A stretch of DNA of 64,000 nt from Cyclobacteriaceae bacterium (GCA_051155775.1 DAXETV010000046.1:12750-76749); one strand, 5' to 3'. Shown: positions 39,688 through 49,458, numbered from the stretch's first letter. Notes: a model not told the origin generated them from the letters alone. Numbers and translations: made by a program.

Positions 39688-40641
39688 ATGAATTCTGAAA
39701 AAATAAAAGTCTTAATCATTGGAGCCGGTCCTGCAGGTTATACCGCTGCAATCTATGCAGCCCGTGCAGGTTTGAAACCGGTATTGTATCAGGGCGCTCA
39801 ACCCGGAGGCCAATTAACAATAACTACTGATGTGGAAAATTACCCGGGTTATCCCGATGGTGTTCAGGGACCAGAGATGATGATGGAATTCAAAAAGCAA
39901 GCAGAGAGGTTTGGTACCGATACAAGATATGGCGTGGTGACATCAGTTGATTTTTCATCTTACCCCCACAAAGTAATAGTTGATGAAAAGCATGAGATCA
40001 TTGCTGAGTCAGTTATAATTGCCACGGGAGCATCAGCTAAATGGTTAGGATTGCCCGGGGAAGAAAAATATAATGGGAAAGGAGTTTCAGCATGTGCGGT
40101 CTGTGATGGTTTCTTTTATAGAGGCCTCGAAGTGGCTGTAGTTGGTGGTGGCGACACTGCCGCTGAGGAGGCTACTTACCTTGCTAATCTTTGTAAGAAG
40201 GTTTACTTGATCGTGCGTAGGGATGAAATGAGAGCATCTAAGATTATGCAAAAAAGAGTGTTTAATGCATCTAATATTGAAGTTATCTGGGATTCAGTAA
40301 CAGAAGAGATCTATGGTAAAGATGAAGTTGAAGGAATCATAATTAAGAACAGGAAGACAGGAGAAATTAAAGACTTATCTATAAAAGGATTTTTTGTGGC
40401 TATTGGCCATAAACCAAACACAGATATATTTAAAGAATATTTAGAAATGGACAAAAGCGGATATATAAAAACGATTCCAGGAACCTCCAAAACAAATATT
40501 GAAGGTGTGTTTGCAACAGGAGATGCCCAGGATAATATTTACAGACAAGCGGTAACAGCCGCAGGAACAGGCTGTATGGGAGCACTGGATACCGAACGAT
40601 TTCTTGCCGCAAAAGAAGTTGAACTGGAAGAAGCAGTTTAA
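39688..40641 (+). CDS. trxB: thioredoxin-disulfide reductase
   Basis: IIGAGPAGYTAAIYAAR, redox-active CAVCDG, NADPH fold VVGGGDTAAEEA. Confidence 0.9.
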   Translation: MNSEKIKVLIIGAGPAGYTAAIYAARAGLKPVLYQGAQPGGQLTITTDVENYPGYPDGVQGPEMMMEFKKQAERFGTDTRYGVVTSVDFSSYPHKVIVDEKHEIIAESVIIATGASAKWLGLPGEEKYNGKGVSACAVCDGFFYRGLEVAVVGGGDTAAEEATYLANLCKKVYLIVRRDEMRASKIMQKRVFNASNIEVIWDSVTEEIYGKDEVEGIIIKNRKTGEIKDLSIKGFFVAIGHKPNTDIFKEYLEMDKSGYIKTIPGTSKTNIEGVFATGDAQDNIYRQAVTAAGTGCMGALDTERFLAAKEVELEEAV

Positions 40642-40654
40642 GCAGTTGATATAT

Positions 40655-40688
40655 GGATTTTGGAGAATAATTCCAAAATCCTTTTTTT
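40655..40688 (+). terminator. Rho-independent terminator after trxB
   Basis: GGATTTTGGA / TCCAAAATCC 10-bp perfect stem, 7-nt loop, T7 tail. Confidence 0.7.
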
Positions 40689-40706
40689 ATCTTCATTAAT
40701 CAACCA

Positions 40707-41423
40707 ATGAATATTGATATACTGGTAATTGCAGCACACCCGGATGATGCTGAATTATCTTGCGGGGGAACCATCTTATCCCACATAAATCAAGGCAAAC
40801 AAGTTGGCATCATAGATCTTACCAAAGGTGAGATGGGCACCAGAGGCACACCACAGATAAGAGCTAAAGAGGCTGAAAAAGCCTCAAGAATATTACAAGT
40901 CCGCTTTAGGGATAATCTATCAATGAAAGATGCCTTTTTTGAAAATGATAAGGATAACCAGATTAAGATAGCTAAAGAAATAAGAAAATACCGACCGGAA
41001 ATAATCATTACAAATGCAACATCCGACAGACATCCGGATCATCCCAGAGCTTCTGAGTTAGTCGAGCGAGCAGCTTTTGTGTCAGGATTGAGACAGGTAT
41101 TGACATCAAGTGAAGGAGATGAGCAGGAGGCCTGGAGACCTAAAACAATATATCATTTTATACAAAGTGAATACATTGAACCTGATGTGGTTGTTGATAT
41201 TTCCCCTTATTGGGAAAAGAAAATGGCGGCCATAAGAGCGTATAAATCACAGTTCCATGACCCGGAAAGCGATGAACCTGAAACCTTTATATCCAGCCCG
41301 GAATTTTTAAAATTATTAGAATCCAGGGCTGTTGAATTTGGAAAATCAGTAGGGGTGAAATATGCAGAAGGATTTACTGTGAATAAAAGAGTAGGGGTAA
41401 CAAGCTTATTTCATTTGATATAA
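40707..41423 (+). CDS. bshB1: PIG-L family deacetylase, bacillithiol-type (BshB1-like)
   Basis: VIAAHPDDAELSCGGT, HPDH, 238 aa. Overall pattern matches BshB1. Confidence 0.7.
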   Translation: MNIDILVIAAHPDDAELSCGGTILSHINQGKQVGIIDLTKGEMGTRGTPQIRAKEAEKASRILQVRFRDNLSMKDAFFENDKDNQIKIAKEIRKYRPEIIITNATSDRHPDHPRASELVERAAFVSGLRQVLTSSEGDEQEAWRPKTIYHFIQSEYIEPDVVVDISPYWEKKMAAIRAYKSQFHDPESDEPETFISSPEFLKLLESRAVEFGKSVGVKYAEGFTVNKRVGVTSLFHLI

Positions 41424-42661
41424 TAGCTATTCTTAAAGTCATAGTTCCTCAACTTCAACAAAAGCTGGTATTTATTTTTAGATTTTTCTGTTATTTGAAG
41501 ATTTTTAAATAGCCATCGAACAGCCTCAGTGTAATCAGTATTCCGAAAATACCTGTCACGTGAATAGTGAACGAATTTTAAAATTCGAAAAGCATCAAAC
41601 CAATCAAAGAATTTCTTTTTAAAAGAATCAAAACTTGCGCTATTTTTGATAAACTTTTCCATGGTATCAGTAAAGTGCTGTTCGGCCAAAAAATCATTAA
41701 CTCTATTATTTTCTTTAAGAGGTAAAAAATGCCCGCTGTAAAACCCTTCAATGTTAGATATAATCTCAGCGATATCCAGGAAGACATTTGGGTGATAAAA
41801 TTTCATCTTATTTCTTTCATGTAAAAAATCAATGACGGATTTACCCGTCCCAAATGGCACACGATCAGATGGCCGGGGTGATGGCAATACCCTGGTTGTA
41901 TTTATTTCATAAAAGTTGCCTAACCGGATAATTTTGTTTAGAAAATAAAAATCTTCTCCGGCTTTTCTTTTATTCATACCTCCTTCCTTTTCATAAGCTG
42001 AACGTTTTACAACCATGCATGACCCTAACGTTTGGAATGCATAAGGAAAGCCACTAAATCTTAACGCATTGATGTAATACCTTAGAAAGAGTTCATAATC
42101 AATTATCGCATCATAAACGACTTGGTCATATTTATCACCATTTATTGGATGTTCAAACTGAACAACAGCTCCCACACAGTTTTTAAACTGATTAAAATGA
42201 TCCCATATTGCTGACAAATAATTTTCCTGACAGATACAGTCTGCATCTAAGTTAACGATGACCCCATCTTTATTTAATTGTTCAAACCACCAACAGGCCT
42301 GATCCATCCCTATTTTTCTAGCAAGTCCAACGCCTGCATTTTTATTGGGTAGTCTTTGGAAGGTAATTTCAAGTTTTAATCTGTGGTTAGAATTTTCCTG
42401 AGATAAGTGTTTTAGTACATCCTTCGAATTGTGGTTACGGTCTTTAATTTGTTGATTGCAATCCTCAGGCTCATTTATAACCACTAAAACGATAATTGAA
42501 ATATCATCCGGTATCTTGCATCTAAATAATGCATCAATGGTATCGATTATTTTAGGCTCGTTATGACATGGGACAACGATTACAAGTTCAAGATCTCCGG
42601 GTAATTTCTTGCTTTCCAGTACCGGTTTATGGGCATATCTTTTTAGATAAATTCTTGACAC
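41411..42661 (-). CDS. glycosyltransferase family 2-like protein
   Basis: LVIVVPCHNEP and NLDADC (DxD) motifs. GTG start. Its 3' end overlaps bshB1 by 13 nt (convergent). Confidence 0.6.
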   Translation of the reverse strand: MSRIYLKRYAHKPVLESKKLPGDLELVIVVPCHNEPKIIDTIDALFRCKIPDDISIIVLVVINEPEDCNQQIKDRNHNSKDVLKHLSQENSNHRLKLEITFQRLPNKNAGVGLARKIGMDQACWWFEQLNKDGVIVNLDADCICQENYLSAIWDHFNQFKNCVGAVVQFEHPINGDKYDQVVYDAIIDYELFLRYYINALRFSGFPYAFQTLGSCMVVKRSAYEKEGGMNKRKAGEDFYFLNKIIRLGNFYEINTTRVLPSPRPSDRVPFGTGKSVIDFLHERNKMKFYHPNVFLDIAEIISNIEGFYSGHFLPLKENNRVNDFLAEQHFTDTMEKFIKNSASFDSFKKKFFDWFDAFRILKFVHYSRDRYFRNTDYTEAVRWLFKNLQITEKSKNKYQLLLKLRNYDFKNSYYIK

Positions 42662-42797
42662 TTCAGGGCATTTCTTTTAGTGATTCCATTTTCATAGGAA
42701 CAAATAAGCTGAAATTTACAATGTAAATGGATCTCGACGTTTTTTAAACTTTATAAATAGATACTAAATTAACTAAGTGAAATAAAGACTAAAAAAG

Positions 42798-43382
42798 ATG
42801 AAACTGAGAATAGAATTACAGGTGCAGAGTAAAAAAGCCTGGTTAGATGCTGTTATGAATGACTTCAGCAGCTTTCTACAAGACCATGCTGATTGTGAAC
42901 GAAAGGCTTCTGCTATGGCTATGAGCCTGGTAGCAAAATATCCCAACAGGGTGGAGATATTGCCAGAATTAATTAACACAGCGGTTGAAGAACTTGAGCA
43001 TTTTAAAGATGTATATCGTATTATGGAGCAACGCGGAATTATGTTAGCCCACGAGATCAGGCAGGATATATATGTAAAACGTTTAGTTGATTTCTGCCGG
43101 ACTAGTATTGAAGAGCGATTTCTGGATCGCTTGCTTTTAGCTTCACTTCTTGAAACCAGAGGTGCTGAGCGGTTTAAAATGATATATGAAGCATTGGAAG
43201 AACCTGAACTAAAAAAGTTCTATCATATGTTATGGGCATCAGAAGCCAGGCACGGCGAGATATTTGTCAAAATGGCCCTCAACTATTTTGATGAGAATAA
43301 CGTCTATGATAGATTGCAACAAATGAGTGATTTTGAAGCTAATACAATTGAGAATATTGAAGTGAAACCAGCTTTACATTAA
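42798..43382 (+). CDS. miaE: tRNA-(ms2io6A37)-hydroxylase MiaE (ferritin-like di-iron)
   Basis: Paired ExxH motifs EELEHF and SEARHGE in a 194-aa four-helix-bundle-sized protein. Confidence 0.7.
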   Translation: MKLRIELQVQSKKAWLDAVMNDFSSFLQDHADCERKASAMAMSLVAKYPNRVEILPELINTAVEELEHFKDVYRIMEQRGIMLAHEIRQDIYVKRLVDFCRTSIEERFLDRLLLASLLETRGAERFKMIYEALEEPELKKFYHMLWASEARHGEIFVKMALNYFDENNVYDRLQQMSDFEANTIENIEVKPALH

Positions 43383-43960
43383 TGGATTTTTTTAGCACAA
43401 AAACCAATAATGAACCACAGAAAGGTGACTTACTAATATCTGAGCCCTTCCTCCCGGACCCGAATTTTGAGCGGACAGTTTTATTAATATGTGAACACAA
43501 TGAAGAGGGGACAATTGGCTTTGTTATCAATAAAAAATCAAATGTATCATTCGACGATGTGGTCGATGAAGTGGAAGGGTTCAAAGAAAAACTTTATATC
43601 GGAGGGCCGGTACAGCAAAACAGTTTACATTTCATCCATAGAACATCGAAGATTCTCAACAACAGCATTAAATTGTTAGATGATGTGTATTGGGGCAATG
43701 ATTTTGACAAACTATTATCAATGATTAACACAAGGGCATTAGCTTCTTCAGACTTAAAATTTTTTTTAGGGTATTCAGGATGGTCACCAAACCAACTAAA
43801 AGAAGAAATTAAACAAAATTCATGGATTATTTATAGAAATCCCTCATCAACCCAAATATTCGACTATAATTCTATGGATCATTGGAAGAAAATATTAAAT
43901 GACATGGGAGGTAGATATCGAATGATGTCTAACTATCCTATAGATCCAAGGCTTAATTAG
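43382..43960 (+). CDS. YqgE/AlgH family protein (UPF0301)
   Basis: LLISEPFLPDPNFERTVLLICEHNEEGTIGFVINK signature. The start overlaps the miaE stop. Confidence 0.8.
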   Translation: MDFFSTKTNNEPQKGDLLISEPFLPDPNFERTVLLICEHNEEGTIGFVINKKSNVSFDDVVDEVEGFKEKLYIGGPVQQNSLHFIHRTSKILNNSIKLLDDVYWGNDFDKLLSMINTRALASSDLKFFLGYSGWSPNQLKEEIKQNSWIIYRNPSSTQIFDYNSMDHWKKILNDMGGRYRMMSNYPIDPRLN

Positions 43961-43999
43961 TCCATTTTATTACTTTTGTAAGATATAAAGTTAAGGATA

Positions 44000-46207
44000 A
44001 TGAATAATGAGCGAGAGTTGCGCGAGGACTTGGAAAATTCATTGAGTTCAGTGGTCAACGAAAAAGACCATGAGAATAATGATGATAATCCAGGAATACA
44101 AGAAGCAAAACAAAAATCAGTAGAAGCGTTTGAAGCACAAGAACAAAAAAAGGATAATCCTGAGAATGAAAATTCTGAAGATGTAGAAAATATCAATGTT
44201 CACCAGAATCAGGATACTAGCTCAAACTACGATGAAGAAGTGGTTGCAGGTCAGGCTGTAGAAAAAGAAACCTCAGATCCGAATGAAGGCGAGGATACCA
44301 CAGATCATGACGAGACATCAGATCAGCATGCAGGCGAGGATACCTCAGCTCATGACGAGACCTCAGATTCGAATGAAGGAGAGGATACCTCAGCTCATGA
44401 CGAGACATCAGATTCGAATGAAGCAGAGGATACCTCAGATCATGACGATGGGGATAATACAAGCCAATCCTCCGATGAAAGCAATAACAGCCCGGTGGAC
44501 TACTCAGAAATGGGTAAAGAAGAGCTGCTGGAGGAATTGAAGCAATTTTTAAAGATCGAAGACTATCGAGGAGTAAACCATAAGCTTAAACAAATAAAAG
44601 ATGCATTTGACCGCTTAGCTGACACGGAAAAGGCAGATGCATATAATAAATATATTAAAGATGGTGGTGAAAAAGATGGATTTGAATATAAAGAAGATTC
44701 AATAAATGCTGAATTTAATTCCAGGTATAATATTGTAAAGGATAACATCACACAATTCTTTGATAAGCAGGAAAAGCAAAAAGAAGATAATCTTTCTAAA
44801 AAGAATGATATCCTTGAAAGGTTAAGAGCGATTGTTGATGGAGAAGAGTCGAACGCCAGTATAAATGCTTTAAAGGAGCTACAGGCTGAATGGAGAAGTA
44901 TAGGGCCGGTTCCCAGGCAATTTAATAAAGGTCTTTGGGCCAGCTATAATGCACTGATCGATCGGTTCTATGATAGAAGAAGTATTTATTTCGAATTAAA
45001 GGAGTTAGATAGAAAAAAGAATCTCAAGTCCAAGATCGACTTGTGTGAAAAAGCAGAAGAACTTGGAAAGATTGAAAATTTACAAGATGCTATAAAGCAG
45101 CTAAACGAGCTTCATGAAGAATTCAAGCATATTGGGCCAGTTCCAAAAGATGATCAGGAAGACGTTTGGAAAAGATTCAAAGCAGCCTCAGATAACGTTT
45201 ATGCCAGAAGGAAGGCTTTCGTAGAGAACCTGAAGAATGAGCTTCACCAGAATATGGAAAAGAAACTCAATATTACTGAGCATGTACAGGAATTTTTAGC
45301 ATTTGATTCAGAGCGGATTAATGATTGGAACCAGAAAACCAAAGAAATCCTGAATATACAAAAAGAGTGGGAAGCAATAGGTGGTTTACCAAGAGATAAA
45401 GCAAAAGAGATCAATCGTAAGTTTTGGACTGCTTTCAAAGGTTTCTTTCATAACAAATCGAAATTTTTTAAGAAACTAGAGAAGTTCAGGGAAGAAAATC
45501 TTCTTAAAAAACAGGAGCTGATACAAAAAGCAGAGGAAGTAAAAGATAGTGAAGATTGGAATAATACAGCCGACTATTTAAAAAGCTTACAGGCTAATTG
45601 GAAAGCAATTGGACCGGTCCCTGAAAAACAACGGGATGAGATTTACAAACAATTTAAAGCTGCCTGCGATCACTTTTTTGAAAAAAAGCGCATGCAAAAC
45701 AAAGAAGCTGAGAGAGAGTTTGAAGATAACCTAAAGCAAAAAGAGCAGATTTGTGAACAGATTGATAACATTACCCAGTCAGATGATCCTGTTGACCTGG
45801 ATATCCTTTACGGATTGATCGATAAATTCAGTGAAATTGGTTTTGTGCCTAGAAGATCCATAAAAGATATACAAAAGAAGTTTAACAATGCGCTTGGCAA
45901 TCTGATTGACAATTGCACATCCTTATCTGAGGAAAAGAAAGAGGAGCTACAAATAAACATTGAAGTAAACAAAATAAAAGGTAGCCCACATGGTAATAAG
46001 AAGCTCGAGAGAAAAGAAAACAGCATTAGGAAGAAAATTTCTACCCTTGAGAATGATATTTCTACCTGGAAGAATAATCTGGAGTTTTTTGCTAATAGCA
46101 CTAAGGCAGATGAATTGAAAAGAGAATTCAAGGAAAAAATTGAGCAGGCCCAATCAGACCTTCACAATCTTCGCAAGCAGTTAAAAGCACTTAATAGTAC
46201 ATATTAA
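44000..46207 (+). CDS. DUF349 repeat protein with acidic repetitive N-terminus
   Basis: Five W/F-x-x-IG-x-VP-containing about 75-aa helical repeats (EWRSIGPVP, EFKHIGPVP, EWEAIGGLP, NWKAIGPVP, FSEIGFVP). Confidence 0.75.
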   Translation: MNNERELREDLENSLSSVVNEKDHENNDDNPGIQEAKQKSVEAFEAQEQKKDNPENENSEDVENINVHQNQDTSSNYDEEVVAGQAVEKETSDPNEGEDTTDHDETSDQHAGEDTSAHDETSDSNEGEDTSAHDETSDSNEAEDTSDHDDGDNTSQSSDESNNSPVDYSEMGKEELLEELKQFLKIEDYRGVNHKLKQIKDAFDRLADTEKADAYNKYIKDGGEKDGFEYKEDSINAEFNSRYNIVKDNITQFFDKQEKQKEDNLSKKNDILERLRAIVDGEESNASINALKELQAEWRSIGPVPRQFNKGLWASYNALIDRFYDRRSIYFELKELDRKKNLKSKIDLCEKAEELGKIENLQDAIKQLNELHEEFKHIGPVPKDDQEDVWKRFKAASDNVYARRKAFVENLKNELHQNMEKKLNITEHVQEFLAFDSERINDWNQKTKEILNIQKEWEAIGGLPRDKAKEINRKFWTAFKGFFHNKSKFFKKLEKFREENLLKKQELIQKAEEVKDSEDWNNTADYLKSLQANWKAIGPVPEKQRDEIYKQFKAACDHFFEKKRMQNKEAEREFEDNLKQKEQICEQIDNITQSDDPVDLDILYGLIDKFSEIGFVPRRSIKDIQKKFNNALGNLIDNCTSLSEEKKEELQINIEVNKIKGSPHGNKKLERKENSIRKKISTLENDISTWKNNLEFFANSTKADELKREFKEKIEQAQSDLHNLRKQLKALNSTY
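44285..44449 (+). repeat. 45-nt in-frame tandem repeat, about 3.7 copies
   Basis: Units start at 44285, 44330, 44375 and 44420 (the last is partial). They encode EGEDT(T/S)(D/A)HDETSD(Q/S)(H/N), with only a few substitutions between units. Confidence 0.85.
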
Positions 46208-46230
46208 TTTGTAAATAAAGGAGTTTGTTA

Positions 46231-46238
46231 TACTTTTG
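46231..46238 (+). promoter_or_regulatory. -7 box TACTTTTG upstream of tRNA-Thr
   Basis: Matches TAnnTTTG, 16 nt before the tRNA 5' end. Confidence 0.4.
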
Positions 46239-46254
46239 CCCTCCTAAAAAAAAT

Positions 46255-46328
46255 GCCTCCTTAGCTCAGCTGGCCAGAGCAACTGACTTGTAATCAGTAG
46301 GTCGTTGGTTCGAATCCGACAGGGGGCT
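46255..46328 (+). tRNA. tRNA-Thr (anticodon TGT)
   Basis: Acceptor GCCTCCT/AGGGGGC, D arm GCTC-AGCTGGCCA-GAGC, anticodon stem ACTGA/TCAGT with loop CTTGTAA, T arm GTTGG-TTCGAAT-CCGAC, discriminator T. No encoded CCA. Confidence 0.9.
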
Positions 46329-46373
46329 CTTGATAATCAAGCAGTTACAAAATGTATCTGCTTTTTTTATGCC
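46321..46373 (+). repeat. copy A of imperfect direct repeat (tRNA-Thr 3' end plus terminator-like flank)
   Basis: AGGGGGCTCTTGATAATCAAGCAGTTACAAAATGTATCTGCTTTTTTTATGCC; compare copy B. Confidence 0.5.
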
Positions 46374-46619
46374 CGCTTGCCAGCTTTTTTGATTCTACCT
46401 CCCATCAGCCTGGGATAGTAAGCGCATTCGCCCTTTTCTGAAAACAACAAATCATAAAAGAGTATAGCTGTTGCATTCTAAATGTACTATCTTCGGCACA
46501 GGGCTATATAATATATCAGTTTCGGTGCATTAAAAAAGTGTTAACGTTCTGGAATTCTATTAATAAAAAAACTAAAGCTGCTATTTTTCCGGCAAACCGC
46601 ATTGCCTTGCTCAACCATT

Positions 46620-46680
46620 AGAGGGATCATTGATAATTAAGTACTTACAAAATATTTCACATAAGTGCTTTTTTTGTGTC
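46620..46680 (+). repeat. copy B of imperfect direct repeat
   Basis: AGAGGGATCATTGATAATTAAGTACTTACAAAATATTTCACATAAGTGCTTTTTTTGTGTC. Shares TTGATAAT-AAG-A-TTACAAAAT and GCTTTTTTT blocks with copy A. Confidence 0.5.
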
Positions 46681-46761
46681 ATCTAATAAAAGCAACCTGG
46701 TTACATCTTTAAATAATTACGATATTTTTACAGATTGTATTTAGTGAAATCGAGTATTCCC

Positions 46762-49458
46762 ATGAAAGCTATAATAGTCCTGTTCGTTTTCTTTCTGATG
46801 GTGTTAAATATTCAAGCACAGCAATGGACCCCTGAGGATATTATTAACACCGAATATGTTTCCAATCCCATATTTTCCCCAACAGGCGATATGGTGATCT
46901 GGAGTAAAAGGACAGGCCTTAAAAAAGAAGACAAGTTTGTAAATAAACTATTCTTAACCCGACTGAATATTCTGGAGAAAGGTAAGCCACTGACTATTCA
47001 GCTTACCAGGGGAGAAAGCTCAGAAAGCAATCCGGTCTTTAGTAAAGATGGAAAAGATATTTACTTCTTGTCATCAAAAGATGAAGGTAAAAAGTTATGG
47101 AAATTAAGTGTGTATGGAGGAGAGGCTCAGGAAGTCCATGAATTTGAGCATGGAATTTCAAATATTAAGTGGCTGAATGAAGAAAAAATAGCATTTGTGA
47201 GTAATGATGGTAAGAGTTTGTATCAACAGAAATATGAGGAAAAAAAGGACAATACAAAGGTTATTGAAGATTCACTACACTGGCCGTCTAAAAGACTTTA
47301 TGCTTTCGACCTGGGAAAAAAAATCATTAACCGATTAACTGAAAATTCACATCAAATAACTTCATATGATGTTTCTGAAGATGGAAGATATGCAGTCATT
47401 AAGCAAAATATGAGCCCTCACTATCCCACGGATGGTCAACCCAAGCCTCAGGTTATACTTTATGATTTTGAGGGAAATAATTCAACGTTAATCCTCAAGG
47501 ATTTTAAGGAGCCTGGAAATTTTAAATTTATAAAAGATGGTGAGGGATTTTATTTTTTTGCGCTTACCACCTCAGACCCAAAGTGGAATATTGCGGGGAA
47601 AAACGAGCTCTATTTTTATGATATAGAGGAATCCCAATACTCAAAAGTTCCGCTGGATTGGGATAATGGCGCAGGATATTCATTCTACGCTGAAAATGAT
47701 TGGTTGATACTACCCCTTGCTAATGGACCCCTAAGAAAGGTTGGGCTTTACAAGGAAGATGAGGATGATTGGAGGTCCTTAAACATTGATTTTGAAGAAA
47801 TGCAGGAGCATGTCTCGATTCTGGCAATGTCAGCAGACAATAAAATTATTTTCGAATATTCTACGGCCTCCAAATTACCGCAATATTTTGTTGGCCGACT
47901 AGCGATCAAAAATAACAAGGCAAGATTATCTGAGGCAGTCGAGTTTATATCATTGAACAATAATATTAAAAAGAAACCAACAGCCAATTCTGAAGTGATC
48001 TATTGGCAGGGTGCAAATGGTGATGAGGTAAATGGCATTTTATATTATCCTAAGCACTACGAAAAAGGTAAAAAATACCCTTTAATACTATCGATACATG
48101 GTGGGCCAACCGGAGTTGATCAGGATATATGGCGTGAACGTTGGTCAACTTATCCGCAGATTTATACTGATAAAGGAGCTTTTGTTTTAAAACCAAATTA
48201 TCATGGCTCTGGTCTGCATGGACAGGAATTTGCCGAGAGCATCAAAAAGGGTAAGTATTATGAATTAGATCAAATTGACATATTTAACGGAATACAGCAT
48301 TTAAACAAATTAGGCCTCATCGATATGGACCGGTTGGGAACGATGGGATGGTCAAATGGCGCCATTCTTACTACATGGTTGACACTAAAATACCCGGATA
48401 TGTTTAGAGTAGCTGCACCCGGGGCTGGAGATATCAATTGGACGTCTGATTATGGTACCTGCCGCTTTGGGGTAACATTTGATCAATATTACTTTGGAGG
48501 AGCCCCCTGGGATGATACCAATGGAAAACATTTTAATGAATGGTATATTAATAATTCACCCTTATTTGATATAGAAAAGATAAAAACACCAACCATTATA
48601 TTTCATGGGAGCAAGGATCGTGCTGTACCCCGAGATCAGGGTTGGGAATATTATCGTGGATTACAACAGGTTGGTAAAGCCCCTGTGAAATTTTTTTGGT
48701 TCCCGGACCAGCCGCATGGGCTAAGGAAAATAACCCACCAGTTGAGAAAAATGAAAGAAGAAATAAAGTGGATTGATAAGTACCTGTTTGGTAAGGATGA
48801 CTCTGAGAACGAAGCCCTTAAGGATGATAGCCCGATAGCATACGCTATCCAAAAAACAAGCATGAAAAAAGAAGGAAATTTTTATGGGGTATTGGTTAAC
48901 AATCAGCTTATTCCCGAAACTCATCGGATTAAAAAGGATTCTATTGCTATATCCTGTTTTGAGCTAACTAATGTTCAGTATGCGTCATATCATTCAGATC
49001 ATAAATATCCTGATGGGAAAGATAACTTTCCTGTTACGGGCTTAGCAAAATCTGATATTGAAGGGTATTTGGGATGGATCAATAAGCTAACAGGTGAAAA
49101 ATATAGATTACCAAACCAAAAAGAAGCGCAGGAATTTCATAAAAAAGCTAAAGATTGGCATAAGGAAGAAAACACATTAAATCATTGGGCTGGTTATACA
49201 TTAACACCCAAGGATGCGAATGCTCTGTTAAGTAAAATCGAAGATCAAGACTTGGATTTATTAAAGGAAGTCGGCAGCCATAAACCTCAAAAAGTGGGAG
49301 AAGCTTTTGTTTATGATCTTGTTGGAAATGTAGCAGAATATGCGGTTACTGAAAATGATTTAGTTAAATATGGGTTCGATGCACATACTTTTGTAGATAC
49401 ATTTAATATGGATGACAATAATTCCAAATTAATTGGTGTGCGTTTAATCAGACAATAA
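46762..49458 (+). CDS. S9 family serine peptidase (beta-propeller + alpha/beta domain) fused to a C-terminal FGE/SUMF1-like domain
   Basis: Signal peptide. Catalytic triad context GWSNGA, FHGSKDRAVP, DQPHG. The C-terminal 190 aa carry ELTNVQY, PVTG, YLGWINKLTGEKYRLPNQKEA and YDLVGNVAEY (FGE-sulfatase-like motifs). ATG at 46762 is preferred to the TTG at 46735. Confidence 0.75.
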   Translation: MKAIIVLFVFFLMVLNIQAQQWTPEDIINTEYVSNPIFSPTGDMVIWSKRTGLKKEDKFVNKLFLTRLNILEKGKPLTIQLTRGESSESNPVFSKDGKDIYFLSSKDEGKKLWKLSVYGGEAQEVHEFEHGISNIKWLNEEKIAFVSNDGKSLYQQKYEEKKDNTKVIEDSLHWPSKRLYAFDLGKKIINRLTENSHQITSYDVSEDGRYAVIKQNMSPHYPTDGQPKPQVILYDFEGNNSTLILKDFKEPGNFKFIKDGEGFYFFALTTSDPKWNIAGKNELYFYDIEESQYSKVPLDWDNGAGYSFYAENDWLILPLANGPLRKVGLYKEDEDDWRSLNIDFEEMQEHVSILAMSADNKIIFEYSTASKLPQYFVGRLAIKNNKARLSEAVEFISLNNNIKKKPTANSEVIYWQGANGDEVNGILYYPKHYEKGKKYPLILSIHGGPTGVDQDIWRERWSTYPQIYTDKGAFVLKPNYHGSGLHGQEFAESIKKGKYYELDQIDIFNGIQHLNKLGLIDMDRLGTMGWSNGAILTTWLTLKYPDMFRVAAPGAGDINWTSDYGTCRFGVTFDQYYFGGAPWDDTNGKHFNEWYINNSPLFDIEKIKTPTIIFHGSKDRAVPRDQGWEYYRGLQQVGKAPVKFFWFPDQPHGLRKITHQLRKMKEEIKWIDKYLFGKDDSENEALKDDSPIAYAIQKTSMKKEGNFYGVLVNNQLIPETHRIKKDSIAISCFELTNVQYASYHSDHKYPDGKDNFPVTGLAKSDIEGYLGWINKLTGEKYRLPNQKEAQEFHKKAKDWHKEENTLNHWAGYTLTPKDANALLSKIEDQDLDLLKEVGSHKPQKVGEAFVYDLVGNVAEYAVTENDLVKYGFDAHTFVDTFNMDDNNSKLIGVRLIRQ

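Noticed and set aside
44217-44540. ORFs 44217-44462 (minus) and 44283-44540 (plus) with internally repetitive translations
   Set aside because: They are alternative-frame readings of the 45-nt tandem repeat inside the DUF349 gene. They are repeat artefacts, not genes.
46283-46296. Reading the second tRNA's anticodon as GTA (Tyr)
   Set aside because: The 5-bp anticodon stem ACTGA/TCAGT fixes the 7-nt loop as CTTGTAA, so the anticodon is TGT (Thr). The tRNA also lacks the long variable arm of bacterial tRNA-Tyr.
46329-46734. Integrated mobile element at tRNA-Thr (also checked next to tRNA-Met at 32497-32601)
   Set aside because: No integrase, transposase, or ORF of any length lies between or beside the repeats. 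Only the short duplicated flank remains, and it is reported as a low-interest finding.
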